From the human T2T-CHM13v2.0 reference genome, Homo sapiens, in NCBI RefSeq assembly GCF_009914755.1, contig NC_060925.1: DNA of 64,000 nt, one strand, 5' to 3'. Below, piece after piece: positions 43,831 through 57,100 of this stretch. Numbering within the stretch: the stretch's first letter is position 1; the number at the start of each line of letters is the position of its first letter. The notes beneath the pieces are model-generated. The model was given only the letters and a program-made list of their open reading frames with translations. It had not been told where the DNA came from and did not search any database. The position numbers and the translations under genes were made by a program.

Positions 43831-45540
43831 GGAACAATGTGAGTTTGTATTTTCCAACTTGGATGCCCTTTATTTCTTTCTCTTGCCTAATTGCACTAGC
43901 TAAAACTTCCAGTACTGTTTTGAATAAAAGTGGTAAAAGAGGGCATCATTGTCTTATTCCAGATCTTAGAAGAAGAGCATTTAATTTTTTCCAGTTCAAT
44001 ATGATGTTAGCTGTGTGTTTGTCATATATGACCTTTATTGTGTTGAGGTACATTTCCTGTATATCTGATTTTTAAAGAGTTGTATGATGAAGGGATGTCA
44101 AATTTTATCAAATGCTTTTTCTGTGTCTACTGAAGTGATTATATAGTTTTTGTCCTTGATTATGTTAATGTGATGTATCATGCTTATTGACTTGCATATG
44201 TTGAACCATCCTTGCATCCCTGGGATGAGTACCACTTGATCATGGTTAATGATCTCTTTAATGTACTGTTGAATTCAGTTTGCTAGTATTTTGTTGAGGA
44301 CTTTTGCATCTGTTTTCATCATGTAGATTGGCCTGCAGTTTTCTTTTCTGTGTGAGTGTGTTCTTTTCTGGTTTTGGTATCAGGGTAATGCCAGCCTCAC
44401 AGAATGAGTTTGGAAGAATTCCCTCTTAATTTTTTGGAATCGTTTGGAAAACATTGGTAATAGTTATTTAAATATTTGGTAGAACTCAGCAATGAAGTCA
44501 TCAGGTCCTGGACTTTTCTTTGATAGGAGATTTTATTATTAATTTAACTCATTACTCATTATTCATTTGTTCCAATTTTCTATTTCTTCATAATTCAATT
44601 TTATTAGGTTGTATGTGTTCAGAACTTTTTCCATTTCCTCTAAGTTTTCCAATTTGTTGCCATATAGTTGTTCATAATAGTCTCTTATGATCCTTTGTAT
44701 TTCTGTGGTATCACCTATAATGTTGCCTTTTCATCTCTGATTTTTTTTAAATTTGAGTTTTCTCTCTTTGTTCCTTAGGTAGTCTTGAGAACAGTTTGTT
44801 GATTTTTTTGTATCAATATATCAACAAAACAAAGAAAACCAACCTTTATTTTGTTGATATATTGTGTTGGGTTTTGGTCTCTATTTTGTTTATTCCTGCT
44901 CTCATCTCTATTTTTTATTGCTATCTACTAATTCTGGGTTTAGCTTGTTCTTGTTTTTCTAGTTCCCTGAAGTGCAATGTTAAATTTTTTTATTTGAGAT
45001 CTTTCTACTTTTTTGATATAGGCATTTATTGCTATAAACTTCTCTCTTAGAACTTGTATTCCATAGGTTGTGGTATGTTATGTTTCCATTTTTAATTTGT
45101 CCCAAGAATTTTGTCATTGATCCATTGGTAATTCATGGGCGTGTTGTTTAATTTTCATGTATTCATATGGCTTCCAAAGTTTCTCCTGTTATTGATTTTT
45201 AGTTTTATTCCATTATGATCAGAAAAGATACATGATATTATTTTTATTTAAAAAAACTTTTTGAGACTTGTTTTGTGACCTAAGTAACATATGGCCTATC
45301 TTGGAGAAAGTGCCATGTGCTGTAGAGAAGAATGTATATTCTGCAGCTGCTGGATAAAATGTTCTGTAAATGTTTTTTAGGTCCATTTGATCTAGAGTTT
45401 AGTTTAAATATAATGTTTCTATGTTGATTTTCAGTCTGGATGATCTGTTCATTGCTGAATGTGGGGCTGGATATTGGAGTCTCCTACTATTATTGTATTG
45501 CAATCTATCTCTTCCTTCAGAAGTTAGATATAATAATATT

Positions 45541-45652
<112 letters not shown>

Positions 45653-46453
45653 CTTAATATATCTGGGTGCCCCAATGTTGGGTGCATGTGTATTTATAAA
45701 CATTATATCCTGTGATGAATTGACCACTTTATTATTATATAGCAAGTGTCTTTTTCTCTTTTTACAGCTTTTGATTTAAAGTCTGTTTTATCTGATATAA
45801 GTATGGCTACTCCTGCACTCTTTTATTTTCCATTTGCATGGAATATCATTTTCCATCTGCATGGAATATCATTTTCCATCCCTTTACTTTCAGTTTATTA
45901 GTGTCCTTACAGGTGAACTGAATCTCTTGTAGGCAGCACATAGTCAAGTTGTGTTTTCTTATCCATTCAGCCACTCTGTATCTTTTACCTGGGAAACTTA
46001 ATCCATTTACATTGAATTTATTCCATAAGTTGGTGGAATAAATCTATCAATTTATTATTGATAGGTAAGGACTTACTCCTGCCATTTTTAAGTGTTTTTT
46101 GGCTCTTTTGTACATCCTGTGTTCCTTTCTTTCTCTCTTATTGTTTACCTTTGAGGTTTGGTGATTTTCTATAATAGTAAGCTTTGATTCCTTTCTCTTT
46201 TTCATTTGTGTATCTGCTATAGTTTTTTCCTTTGTAGTTACTACGGGGTTTACATTAACAATCTTAGAGTTATAGTATACTATTTTAAGTTGATAATAAC
46301 TTATCTTTGGCTACATTTAAATATTCCAGACTTTTACCCTAACCACTCCCCCATTTTTAATTTTGTTGCTTAATTTATATCTTTTTATATTTTGTGTTCC
46401 TTAGCAACTTATTTTAGCATAGTTATTGTTGATCATTTTGACTTTTAACCTTC

Positions 46454-46894
46454 TGCTGTAGTTTGGATATGTTTGTCCCTCAAACCTCATGCTGAAATTT
46501 GATCCCCAATGTTGGAAGTAGGACCTAATGGGAGGTGTTTGTATCATGGGGGTGGATCCTTCATGAAAGGTTTGGTTCTGTTCTCATGGTAATGAATGCG
46601 TTCTTGCTCTGTTAGTTTCTGTGAGAGTTCCCCCAAGAGCTCATTGTTTAAAATAGCCTGGCACCTTTGCTCTCTCTCTTGCATTTATTTATCACCAAGT
46701 GATCTTTGCACATTCCTGCTTCCATTTTCCTTCCTGCCATGAGTGGAAGCAGCCTGTAGCCCTCACCAGAAGCAGATGGTGATGCCATGCTTCTAATACA
46801 GCCTGTAGAACCATGAGCTAAATAAACCTCTTTTCTTTATAAGCTACCCAGCCTCAGGTATTCCTTTATAGCAACACAAAAATGGACTAAGGCA
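46454..46894 (+). mobile_element. MST (MaLR) solo LTR
   Basis: TG...CA ends; 5-bp TSD ccttc at 46449-46453 and 46895-46899. Confidence 0.93.
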
Positions 46895-49367
46895 CCTTCA
46901 TACTAGAGGTTTGAAAAAGTATGTATCATCATTACAGTAATATAGTATTCTGAATTTGATAACAAATTTATCTGCACCCGTGAGATTATGCTTTCATATG
47001 TTTCACAATAGTAATTATTGTTCCTTTACTTCTGGTTGAAGTACTCCCTTAAGTATTTCTTGTGAGGTTGGTCTAGTGGTGATGAATACCCTCAGCTTTG
47101 CTTGTCTGGGACAGACTATTTCTCCTTCATTTCTGAAAGATAGTTTTGTTGGGCATAATATTCTAGGCTGGCAGGTTTTTTTTCTTCCAGCACTTTGAAT
47201 ATATTATCCCATTCTCTCCTGGTCTGCAAGGTTTGTGCTGAGAAATCTGCTGATAGTTTAATGGGGATTTTCTTATAATGACTTCATGCTTTTATCTTGC
47301 ACCTTTTAAAATTCTCTCTGTCTCTGACTTTTGACAGTTTAATTATAATGTTCCTTGGAGAGGACCTCTTTGGGTTGAACCTGTTTGAGGTCTTTTGAGC
47401 TTCATGGATCTAGATGTCCATATCTCTATCAAGACTTGGACAATTTTCAACTATTATTTTGTTAAATAAGATTTCTGTGCCTTTTACCAACTGTTAGTCC
47501 TCTGAAAACCTCATAATGAAGATATTTGTCAGCTTAATTGTGTCCCACAAGTCCTATAAGCTTTGTTTACTCTTTTTGATTCTGTTTTCTCTTTTGTACT
47601 GTGGGTTATTTCAAAAGACATGTCTTTAAGTTTAGAAATTCTTATTTCTACTTGATCTAGTCTGCTGCTGATGTTCTCAATTACATTTTTAATTTTATTC
47701 ATTGAATTCTTCAGCTGTAAGACTTTGTTTGGTTCTTTTTTTATATACATCTATCTCTTTGTTGAATTTCTCATTCAGATCATAATTTGTTTTCCTGATT
47801 TCATTGAATTCTTTACCCATGTTCTCTTTTACCTCACTGAGTTCCCTTAAGATAATTATATTGAGCTTTTTCCAGGCAATTTGTAAATTTCTATTTCTTT
47901 GGGGTCAGTTAGTGGAGAGGTATTGTTTCTCTGATGGTGTCATATTTCTTTGTTGTTTTTTTTTCATGTTTGTTGTGTTCCTGCATAGATAGCTGTACAT
48001 CTGGTGGAATGGTCACCTCTCCCAATTTTATAGGGTGGCTTTCATAGGGAAAGACTTTCATCTTCAGATATGTCCTAGAGTATACGTTGGGTAGGGTGCA
48101 TTGGCTTTGGTTCCAGGTAGGCACAGTAGTAATCTCTATGAAGTTTCTTTTGCTGTATCAATATCAGTGATGCCTGTGAGTACCTCAGTGGCCTAGGCTG
48201 CTAGAGTTTGTGTGGCTGATCCACCCCACTTGGGTGCTGCTCCTGTGGAAGTGGGGCACCAGACTAGTTTGCATGCTGAGGGAGTATTTCAAGAGTTCTT
48301 TATATATTCTAGATACAAGTCATTTATCATTATGTGATTTGCAAATATTGTCTTTGAGTCTATAGCTTATCATCTTATTCTCATTTTATTCCCTTAATGT
48401 TGTGTCTTTCAAAGAATAGGTGTTCTTAATTTTGATGAAGTAAAATGGATCAATTTGTTCATTTATGAATTGTGTTTTTGGTGTCATATCTAAGCAATCT
48501 TTGCCTCATTCAAGATCACAAACATTTTCTATCCTTTTTCTAGTTTTATAATTTTATATTATGTCTATGATCTGCTTTGCATTAACATTTGTATACGGTG
48601 CAAGGTATAGATTAAGAAGTGTTTTTCTTTTTAATGTATGGGTATACAAATTTTCAGTACCATTTATTGAAATGACTGTCCTTTTTCCATTGAATTGCCT
48701 TTGCACTTTTGTTGAAAATCAATTGGTCATATATGTGTGATTCTGTTTCTAGACTAGTTCATTGATAACTACCCCTTTGCCAATTCTATACTACCTTGAT
48801 TACTGTATTATTATGGTAAGTCTTGAAATCACGTAGAATGTCTTCCAACTTCATTCTTTTTCAAAAATTGCTTTGGAAATTCTGCTTCCTTTGCATTTTC
48901 ATATAAAATTTAGAATTAGTTTGTTCACTTCTAAAAAAAAAAATCCTTCTGGGAATTTAATCGGAACTGCATTGAATCTATAGATCAGTTTGGGGAGAAT
49001 TAACGTAACTATTGGGTCTTCACATCAACATGGTATGTTTCTCCATTTATTTAGGTCTCCTTTGATTTCTTTCATTAGTGCTCTCTAGTTTTCAGCATCC
49101 AGATCTTAAACATATTTAGTTTGATTCATTATTAACTTTTTTGTTGCTATCATAAATGATACTGTTTTTTCCTCATTTCCAATTTTACATTGCTGTTATA
49201 TAAAAATGCAGTTTATTTTTGGTTGTTGTATATTGACCTGAGCTTAGGTCTTTATGGCTCCACATCCAGCTCTATGCTTCCCACTCCCCACCCTCTAGGC
49301 TGTTTCCTTAGCAGCAGGAGCAGCCCTGGGAACTAGGTTACTATGTTATGATCCCCATGCCTGACTC

Positions 49368-49622
49368 TGAGTCACCTTAAAGGAGTGAGTCACCAGCCTC
49401 TCTTGCAGTAGTTTTCCTCTCCCTAAAGCAAGGATTAAACCACTTGCTCTCTTATTGCTCCCAGGAATGTTAAAGATGAGTGACTAAGGCAGCAAGGACG
49501 TCAGCACTCTGACATGAATAGTTTGACGTAATTGAGACCTGGTAGTTTTGTGGGTTTTTTCCTAATCCAGGTGTTATTGTCAATTACATGTTGGGAAAAA
49601 GAGATAAAGGTGGGATGAGTCA
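49368..49622. promoter_or_regulatory. Putative AP-1/bZIP enhancer
   Basis: TGAGTCA at 49368, 49386 and 49616; TGACTAA at 49481; TGACGTAA at 49524; AGATAA at 49602. Confidence 0.45.
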
Positions 49623-50482
49623 GGAGACAGCTGCTCACACTCTGTAGGTCTCCAGCGGCTTTCCTCCACCCTCTCACACAGCCTCAGAAGACCCCTGGTC
49701 CTCCCTTGTTTTGCCTACTCTCCCAACCCAAAAGTACCTCTTTCTCCCCTCACCTTTCTATTTTAACCATCTGAGAGATCCAGCTTGAGCCTTCCCTCCT
49801 CACCTTCTTCTGCTGCATGACATTACCCGGCACCTGTCAATCTCCCTGAGGCCATGATAGGCAGCACTGTCCCCCAGCTTGGGGTTAGATATCTGTCCCA
49901 TCGCCCAAAAATATGAACGTGAGGAGGGCATCTTTTCTGTGGCCTGTCATAGGGCCCATTATATGCCGCAGTCGTGATGGGGGCTTAACAAATAAGTAAG
50001 TAAAGCCACGCTATGCTCAGGGTCTGCAGCTTTTCCTTCCCCTCCTTTCTTTGTGGTTTGCAGTTGTCTTGGGAGGGCCTTCTGTCTGGGTTTGACAGTG
50101 AACATGAGTAAAGTGAGCAGGGGCTTTGGCAAGAAGAGTGGTGAGCAGAAGCTGGTGGAGACTTGGGGGCTGCACAGGACCTAACTTTTGAAACTGAAAG
50201 CAAAGTCAAGTCTAAAATACATCACATTAACCCTCTTTTGGTCTGTCTGTCTCTTTCTCAGACAGTGTCCCTGCTGAGAGTAAGAAGTGTTCTCAAAGCC
50301 TTTTCCACAGCAGGAATGGGGCACGCAGGACTCGCATCCATTCATTCACAAAATGGTACCTGGTACAGAGTAAGGGATTAGAGAATATTGTTTGAATAAA
50401 TGAACAAATGATTCTGCCTTATGTGCCAGGCACTGTGCTAGCTCTTTGGGACACTAAGATGAATAGAAAATGATATTAATCA

Positions 50483-50771
50483 CCCAGGCGCGGTGGCTCA
50501 CGCCTATAATCCCAGCACCTTGGGAGGCCTAGGTGGGGGGATCAGCTGAGGTCAGGAGTTCGAGACCAGCCTGCCCAACATGGCAAAACCCCGTCTCTAC
50601 TAAAAATACAAAAAATTAGCCAGGCGTGATGACGGGTGCCTGTAATCCCAGCTACTCGAGAGGCTGAGACAGGAGAATCGCTTGAACCCAGGAGGCGGAG
50701 GTTGAACCAGGATCGTACCACTGCACTCCAGCCTGGGCAACAAGAATGAAACTCCATCTCAAAAAAAAGAA
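50483..50771 (+). mobile_element. AluS inserted in an L2 relic
   Basis: 17-bp TSD agaaaatgatattaatc at 50465-50481 and 50772-50788. Confidence 0.93.
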
Positions 50772-52096
50772 AGAAAATGATATTAATCCCCAAGCAGCTC
50801 ATGGCCTAGTGAGGGAGGCAGATACAAACATATAAATAACACTCTGTGGGGAATCCCAGTGAGAGAGATCTCTTTAAGTGTATGTAGCGAGATCAGAGAG
50901 CGGAAAGTACCTCCTGGAAGATGTAACACTAGGCTTTCAAGAATGAGTAGGAGCTGGTCAGGTGTTAGTGAAGGGGTGAAGGGGAAGAGGCACAGGGACA
51001 ACCTGAGTGTGGGGATGGGGAGCAGCATGGTGCTTTGGTGGTGCTACCGGCAAAGGTGAGTAGTCTGTGGTGTTCCCTCTGAAGCCGAGGACCACCACCA
51101 GCCCTATGGCTGCAGGGTCAGCACTGCACCTGGGACCATCTAGAACCTGGTTGATCTGGCATGGGAAGAAGTTGTTGAGTGATAACAGGTGCTGGCTTCT
51201 GTGCTGAGGCTTCCAGAGGTCCTCAGTGAATCCTCACCGCAACCCCCCAAGGGACGTACCAGGACTAGTCATTTTACAAGTGAGGAAATGGGTGCAGGGA
51301 GGCAAAGGAGCTTCCCCAAGGTCTCTGGCTTCTCAGTGGCAGAGTCCGGGCCCCTGACCCCTGCGGGATCCTACCTGCCTAGAGTGCTCCTGGAGAGCAG
51401 CGGGGAGGGATGCTGTTTACTGAACACCTTTTGTGGCTTGGTGCTGGGCTGGGCAGCAGATATCTGTGATCTCATTTTATTCTCACAAATATATGGGTGG
51501 GTGGTTTTATCTGCATTTTACAAGGGAGGACACTGCCCCATCCGATGTCACAGTTTTTGACTCAGAGATCCCCACTCCCGACACCACCCACACTCTTGTC
51601 CCTCCATGGCCCATTGGCCAACGAGCTCGCCACGCTCTGGACCCGTTTCTGAACCTCTTTCTGGGGTTGGCGCCAACTCCCGGAAGATGCCTTTGTACTT
51701 GCTTTTTCTACTCAGACCTCACTCTAGCCACTGAGCCTCTCCAAAAGCCTCCTCCAACACCCAACACCCTATTCCGTACAATTCTATATGCATTTGAAAT
51801 GGGCTTCTGATGTCCTCTGGTGTTGGTCACCCCCAAGTGTCCACGAGAAGGTGAGCCCCTTTGGGCAGAGACCACCTTTTGTGCGGGCTTCCCGAGGAGA
51901 GTGGCCTGTTGCCACGCACAGAGCTGATGGGAAATGTGAGCTCTGGAGTTGTGGGGTGACACTGTCTATGTTGTATCGTTGCTGGAGAATTTGCTGGCCC
52001 AGGAGTTTTGGGGACACTCTCCTCAGCTTGAGCTGCAGGCCCACGTCCGTCCCCTCACCCTGGCTCCCCAGGAGTCCTGCTGAGGGCTTCCTATAG

Positions 52097-52473
52097 GAAG
52101 CCAAGCTCTGAGACATGGAGCCACCCTCACCAGAGCCGCCTACGGGAAAGGAAGAGCCAGCCTCCTTTCCTTTGGGGCAGCTGGAAGACAATGTACAACA
52201 CATTTTGAGAAAGTCTCTGCAGAACAAGAAAATTGACAAATACTTTCAGGTCTGTAGTCAAAGGAATCTGGAGTATGCTGCCTCCTTAGTTCATGACTAG
52301 CAGAAAATAAAAGGGTCTTTTTTTGTTTGTTTTTTGGGGTTTGTTTGTTTGTTTTTTCTGTTTTTTGTTTTTTTTAGTATAACAATGACTTATACAGTTG
52401 AGGTGAAGTGAAAATATCATTACAATAGAGGTGACATTAACTTGCTACCGATTGTGCCTGGTACTCATTGCAG
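52097..52473 (+). other. Candidate two-exon segment (52097-52249 and 52378-52473) of an unknown, possibly non-coding, transcript
   Basis: CAG|GTCTGT donor at 52250, a ~60-nt U-rich tract with AG at 52376-52377, and a CAG|GTAAGA donor at 52474. Confidence 0.35.
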
Positions 52474-52755
52474 GTAAGAGGTGAGCCATGCTGTTGGAGG
52501 CTGGTCTCTGTGGGCTAAGAGGTCCCCGGGCCTTCCCTCCTCCCTCACTTCCTGCAGGCAAGTAGGATGCGTCCTCCATGGAGTCTCTGCATTTTCTAAC
52601 TCAATAATGGAGTCAGATATCCCGGTAGAGGACCAGACTTGGGGGCCACAAGATGGGCCTAAAAGCGCATCTTGAAGGCCTAGTGTCACCTCCTCCAGGA
52701 CTTCCTTGGTACTTCTCTCTCTCTGATTTCACTATATACACTTAGAAAAAAAGCT

Positions 52756-53082
52756 TTTCTTTTCTTTTTTTTTGGTTTGTTTGCTGTTGTTGTTATTTTG
52801 AGATAGGGTCTCACTCTGTCACCCAGGCTGGAGTGCAGTAGCACGATCATGGCTCCCTTCAGCCTTAACTTCTCAGGCTCAAGCAATCCTCCCACTTCAG
52901 CCTCCAGAATAGTTGATACTACAGGCATGTGCCACCATGCCTGGCTAATTTTTGTATTTTTTTTAGAGACAGGGGATCACCATGTTGCCCAGGCTGATCT
53001 TGAACTCCTAGGCTCAAGTCATCTGCCCACCTTGGCCTCCCACAGTGCTGGGATTACAGGTGTAAGTCACCATACCCGGCCT
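52756..53082 (-). mobile_element. AluJ-type
   Basis: ggctcaagcaatcctcccac; catgttgcccaggctg; flanked by aagcttt on both sides. Confidence 0.88.
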
Positions 53083-53969
53083 GCAACAAGCTTTGATCTT
53101 GAACATGTGAGTTATTTTTACCAGGCCTCAGTTTCCTGATCTGTAAATGGGTATAACACCACAACTGGGTGGATGTGAGGCTTCCACACACTGATAGGTC
53201 AACAGCAGTGCAGTGCCCTGGAGGAGGACCAAGCATGCCTCAGTGTTGAAAGAGTAACTAACTAGGTGCTGGCTGAGGACAGCACCTCCCCAGCTGTTGG
53301 GGGACAGAAGGGGGCACCGTTCTCGAAGCAGCTGCCCTGCTGTTGGGGATTTGGGGGATTTTGCTGTTGTGAGGGTGAGCCCTACCGTCTGCACCCCCTG
53401 CTCGGGCCCCGGCACTGCAGTGGGAGACTCACAGAACACTCTGGACAGAGGTTAAATGGTGAGGAACAGGGGTCCCCACAATGGCAGAGCTGGAGCTTCT
53501 GCAGCAGCATGGGCTCCTGGTGCCTGTCACTTCCTGTGATAAGTAAATCTTGTCCAGTCTCCAGATTGCTTTGGCTCCAGAGGATGAGAAGGGCTATGCC
53601 AAGTGGGCAATGTCCTGGGCATGGCAGAGAGGGGGCCATGATATGGACCAAGAAGCATGAACCAGCTTTTACAGTATCCAGCACCAGGGGTGCCCCAAAC
53701 CCTAGACTCTGACAAGGAAGGACGAGGCTGTTTCAGAGCACAGTTGGCACCACAGCTAACCAGTAGTAAGTGTTCCTGAAAGGTAGGACATGAGGCCAGA
53801 AGCCACTATGCAGGGCAGTCCTCCACGTCTTAGATGAACAATCGGGATAGGGAAGGGCCTGAAAATTCTTTTTATACTGGACACTCGGAGAGTGTCTTTG
53901 GTTTGACAACAATATCCATGGCTTTGCCTTTTCTCACCATCTTCAAGTGCTCACATGTCCATGCAGGTG

Positions 53970-54100
53970 TACACACACATGCACAGGCACACACATGCAC
54001 ACAAGCACACACGGATGTACACACACACACATGCATGCAGACACACACGAGCACACACACGCACACACATGCACACAGAGAGATGCATACATGTATACAC
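53970..54100. repeat. Imperfect (CA)n-rich tract
   Basis: Direct inspection. Confidence 0.85.
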
Positions 54101-57100
54101 AAGCAGGGCTTACGTGTAAAGGGGACTACTTCCTAAGGCCCCTGGGCCTGGGCGGCGGCTCTACCCAGAAGCATTTGTGTCCTGTCACTCCCCAGGTGGC
54201 CCACTGCTGCCCCCACAGCCCCCCTCCCGACAATGGGTAGAGTTACTCAGGCTTTTCAAAAAACCTCACCTGAGTTTCTGCCAGTTTTCTTTCTGAGTGA
54301 TATTTGCATAAACCACTCCTAAGACACGCACATCCAACTGTGAGAGGGGACATTCTGAGGCCTCATCAGTTTCATGTCTCAGCCCCCAACCACCTGTCTC
54401 CTGGGCTTTGGTAGAGCTTGGAACTAAGTGCCCGCAGCCCGGCGGCACATGCAACCTTGCACTTAGTGCGAGAGACATCAGGCGGCTGCTGAACACTGCT
54501 CGATTCATTGAAGGCAGGCGGCCAAGCAGGCCCTTCTGAGCAGGTTCTGGTGCCATCGCCGCTCGGCCCCATGCATAGGTTAGTGATAATATGCTCCTTC
54601 CTACCCAGCCTCCCTGAAGCACCTGTCGACTGGCAAGGTTACTAAAAGAACTGACTTGGGGGGCTCATGGCTGCTGGGGTAGTAACTGCAGGGGAAGATA
54701 CAGAGGCTATTAAAGCCAGGGCCTTTGGTGCAGCCCAGGCTCGGGGAGGGCACAGGCTGTCTTGGGGGACCACAGACAGGCACCTGCATGCAGTGTGTGA
54801 CTGGAGGGTCTGGGAAGGGCCCTGCTCTGTGGGGCCCCTCACTCCTCACTCTGAAGTCTGAAGTCTCAGGGCTGAGGAAGAGGCCACCCATGGTGAGTTG
54901 GGAGGAGCTGAGCTGCCCTAGAGAGTGGAGCCACCTTGAGGGAGTTGGTTCCCTGTGTTGGCCTCACCTCCCCACCCCCAAATGCAAAGGACATGGGTGG
55001 GTGTTGGGGGGTGACTGCAAAGGTGGTCTCTAGGCCCCTCTGGCTTTAAGAATGAAAGCCCTTTGATTTGCACTGAGACAGCGCGTCTCCGTCCAACGCA
55101 CTGGGGATGCCCGTGCCAGCCTGCAGGTCTCTGCCAGGCATGTTCACGAGGTGCTGCTTGGTTTTAGAAGGGAGCCTGATGCCCAGGCCAAGGTCCAGGC
55201 ATGGATGTAGGTGACCAAGGCCATCGCAGGGCATTGGGGGCCTGGGGACAGTCCCCCAGGAAGGGAGGGAGCCAGGGCCATCTTGCATTCTATCCCATTT
55301 TTACCTTGGCCTACCCTGCATTCAACGAAGGTTCTCCCAAGCCCACTGGAGAGGACTTGTTTGCTTCTTAGAGGAGCCAGAAGTTCTCAACAAACACCAA
55401 TGCAAGCAGAGAGCTGGCCAAAGACCCTGAGTGGGAGAAAGGTTGGAAGCAGGCCTGGCACCGGCCACGAGGCCTGGTCGTGGGTGCTCTCTGTCCCGCC
55501 TGCTCCGTCCAGGAGGCATCTCAGGGACAGAGCTCATGGTGGTCCTCTGGCCCATCTCAGGTGTCATCTGAACGAAGTGGTTGCAAGTGGCTCAGGGGGA
55601 AATCGGAGACCAGGGCCCCCGGCCAAGCCTGGCGATGGCGGGGCAGACAGAGACTCCTGAGAATAGGGACCAAGCATGTCTGCGTTAGCTTTGCATCTTT
55701 GTGCTCAGCAAGGACTTGGCACAGAACAGCTGCTCCGCGTGTCTGTGGAGTAAGAGGTGGAGCCCCTGAGCCTTCTGCGAGCAGCGGGGCTGGTGGGGTC
55801 CTAGTCATTAGGAGCAGCCCCTCCCCTCCTCCCCATGCCTCGCCTCGCTCCTGCCAGGTGTGCTGTCTTGGCCAGGCCTCTGCTGACCTCAGCTGTCTCT
55901 ATGTCCTGAGCCGCTTGGCCACTTGTGGGAGCCTCAGAGGAGATGTAGGGACAGGGTAGGGAGGAAGAAGCCACCCTGGGCAGCACCTCTGCCCTGGCTG
56001 GAGTCTCCCTGCTGAGCCACAGCTTCACAGGCTGCTCTCGATTTTGGTGATGGTGCCAGGTGGGCATGCATGGCTATCAGCTTCTGGGCACTGCCATCTA
56101 CAGTAAGCCCTGGGCGCCAGGCGGCCTGGGTCCTCAGCCTCCATAGCACGCCTTGCTGGGCAAGCATCAGAGCCGAGAGGACAATGGAGATCATCTAGTT
56201 CATCTCTCTGAATTGGCAGGTGGGGAAACTGAGGCCCCAAGTCTGGCACTCATTGGCAGCAGGGCCCACGGTTCCCCCTCCCACTCACACACCTTCCTTT
56301 GCCACCCCTTGGTGCCTGTCTGCTCAGCGCCAGCCAGGTGTTCCAACCTCCCTGCCCATATGAAAGCAACAGAGGCCAGAGGCTGCTCCGGAACACTCCT
56401 CCTGTCCCAGCCTCCCCTGGCCCTCAGCAGACAACACCTAGGCGCTCCTTTAAGTACCTGCCTGTGGCCCTCTCTCCAAGGTCGTGACCACGGCAGCCTG
56501 AGAGAAGGAGCTACACATGGAGCCCAAGGGCTCTGACCTCCCAGCAGTGAGCTGCTGAGAGGCTGAGAAGAAAACTGGGTCCACCTACTCAGGGCATGCA
56601 GGCTGGACTTCCGTCATCTACTAGACAATCCCAGATGGAGAGACAGAGCGGACCAAGAGGGGGATGGTGGGAAAGAGCACGACCTGATTGTCCGAATACT
56701 TCTTCTTGGAGGGAGGAGAGCCCACTGTCAGCCCAAGATGTCCGGAGACCCCTGGCCTCCATCAGAGCTGGCCCTTCTGTCCTGCAGGGGAGGCCTTCCA
56801 TCCTGCCCCTCTGGCCACCAGCCACTAAGCTTACCAGTCCCTTAGCCCTACAGGCTGGTCGAGAGCCTGGCCAGTGGGAAATGAGACCCACGCCCCGCCC
56901 TTGAGGGCAGAGTCCAGCATGAGGACTCACCTGACACTTGCAGGCTCCCAAAGGGCTTCCTGGGCCATGGCTGGCATTTCGTGACTATCACCTGTCCCAG
57001 GTTTGACTTCCCACTTGACTGTGCTGAGCCCTCCCAGCTGCCCACGGGGTAGGAGGGATTGCCGTCTCCACAGGGAGGAACAAGGGCTCAGAGAAGCTAA

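Noticed and set aside
54423-54467. Inverted repeat actaagtgc...gcacttagt as a pre-miRNA or structured RNA
   Set aside because: Only a 9-bp stem with a 27-nt loop; too short and expected by chance somewhere in 64 kb.
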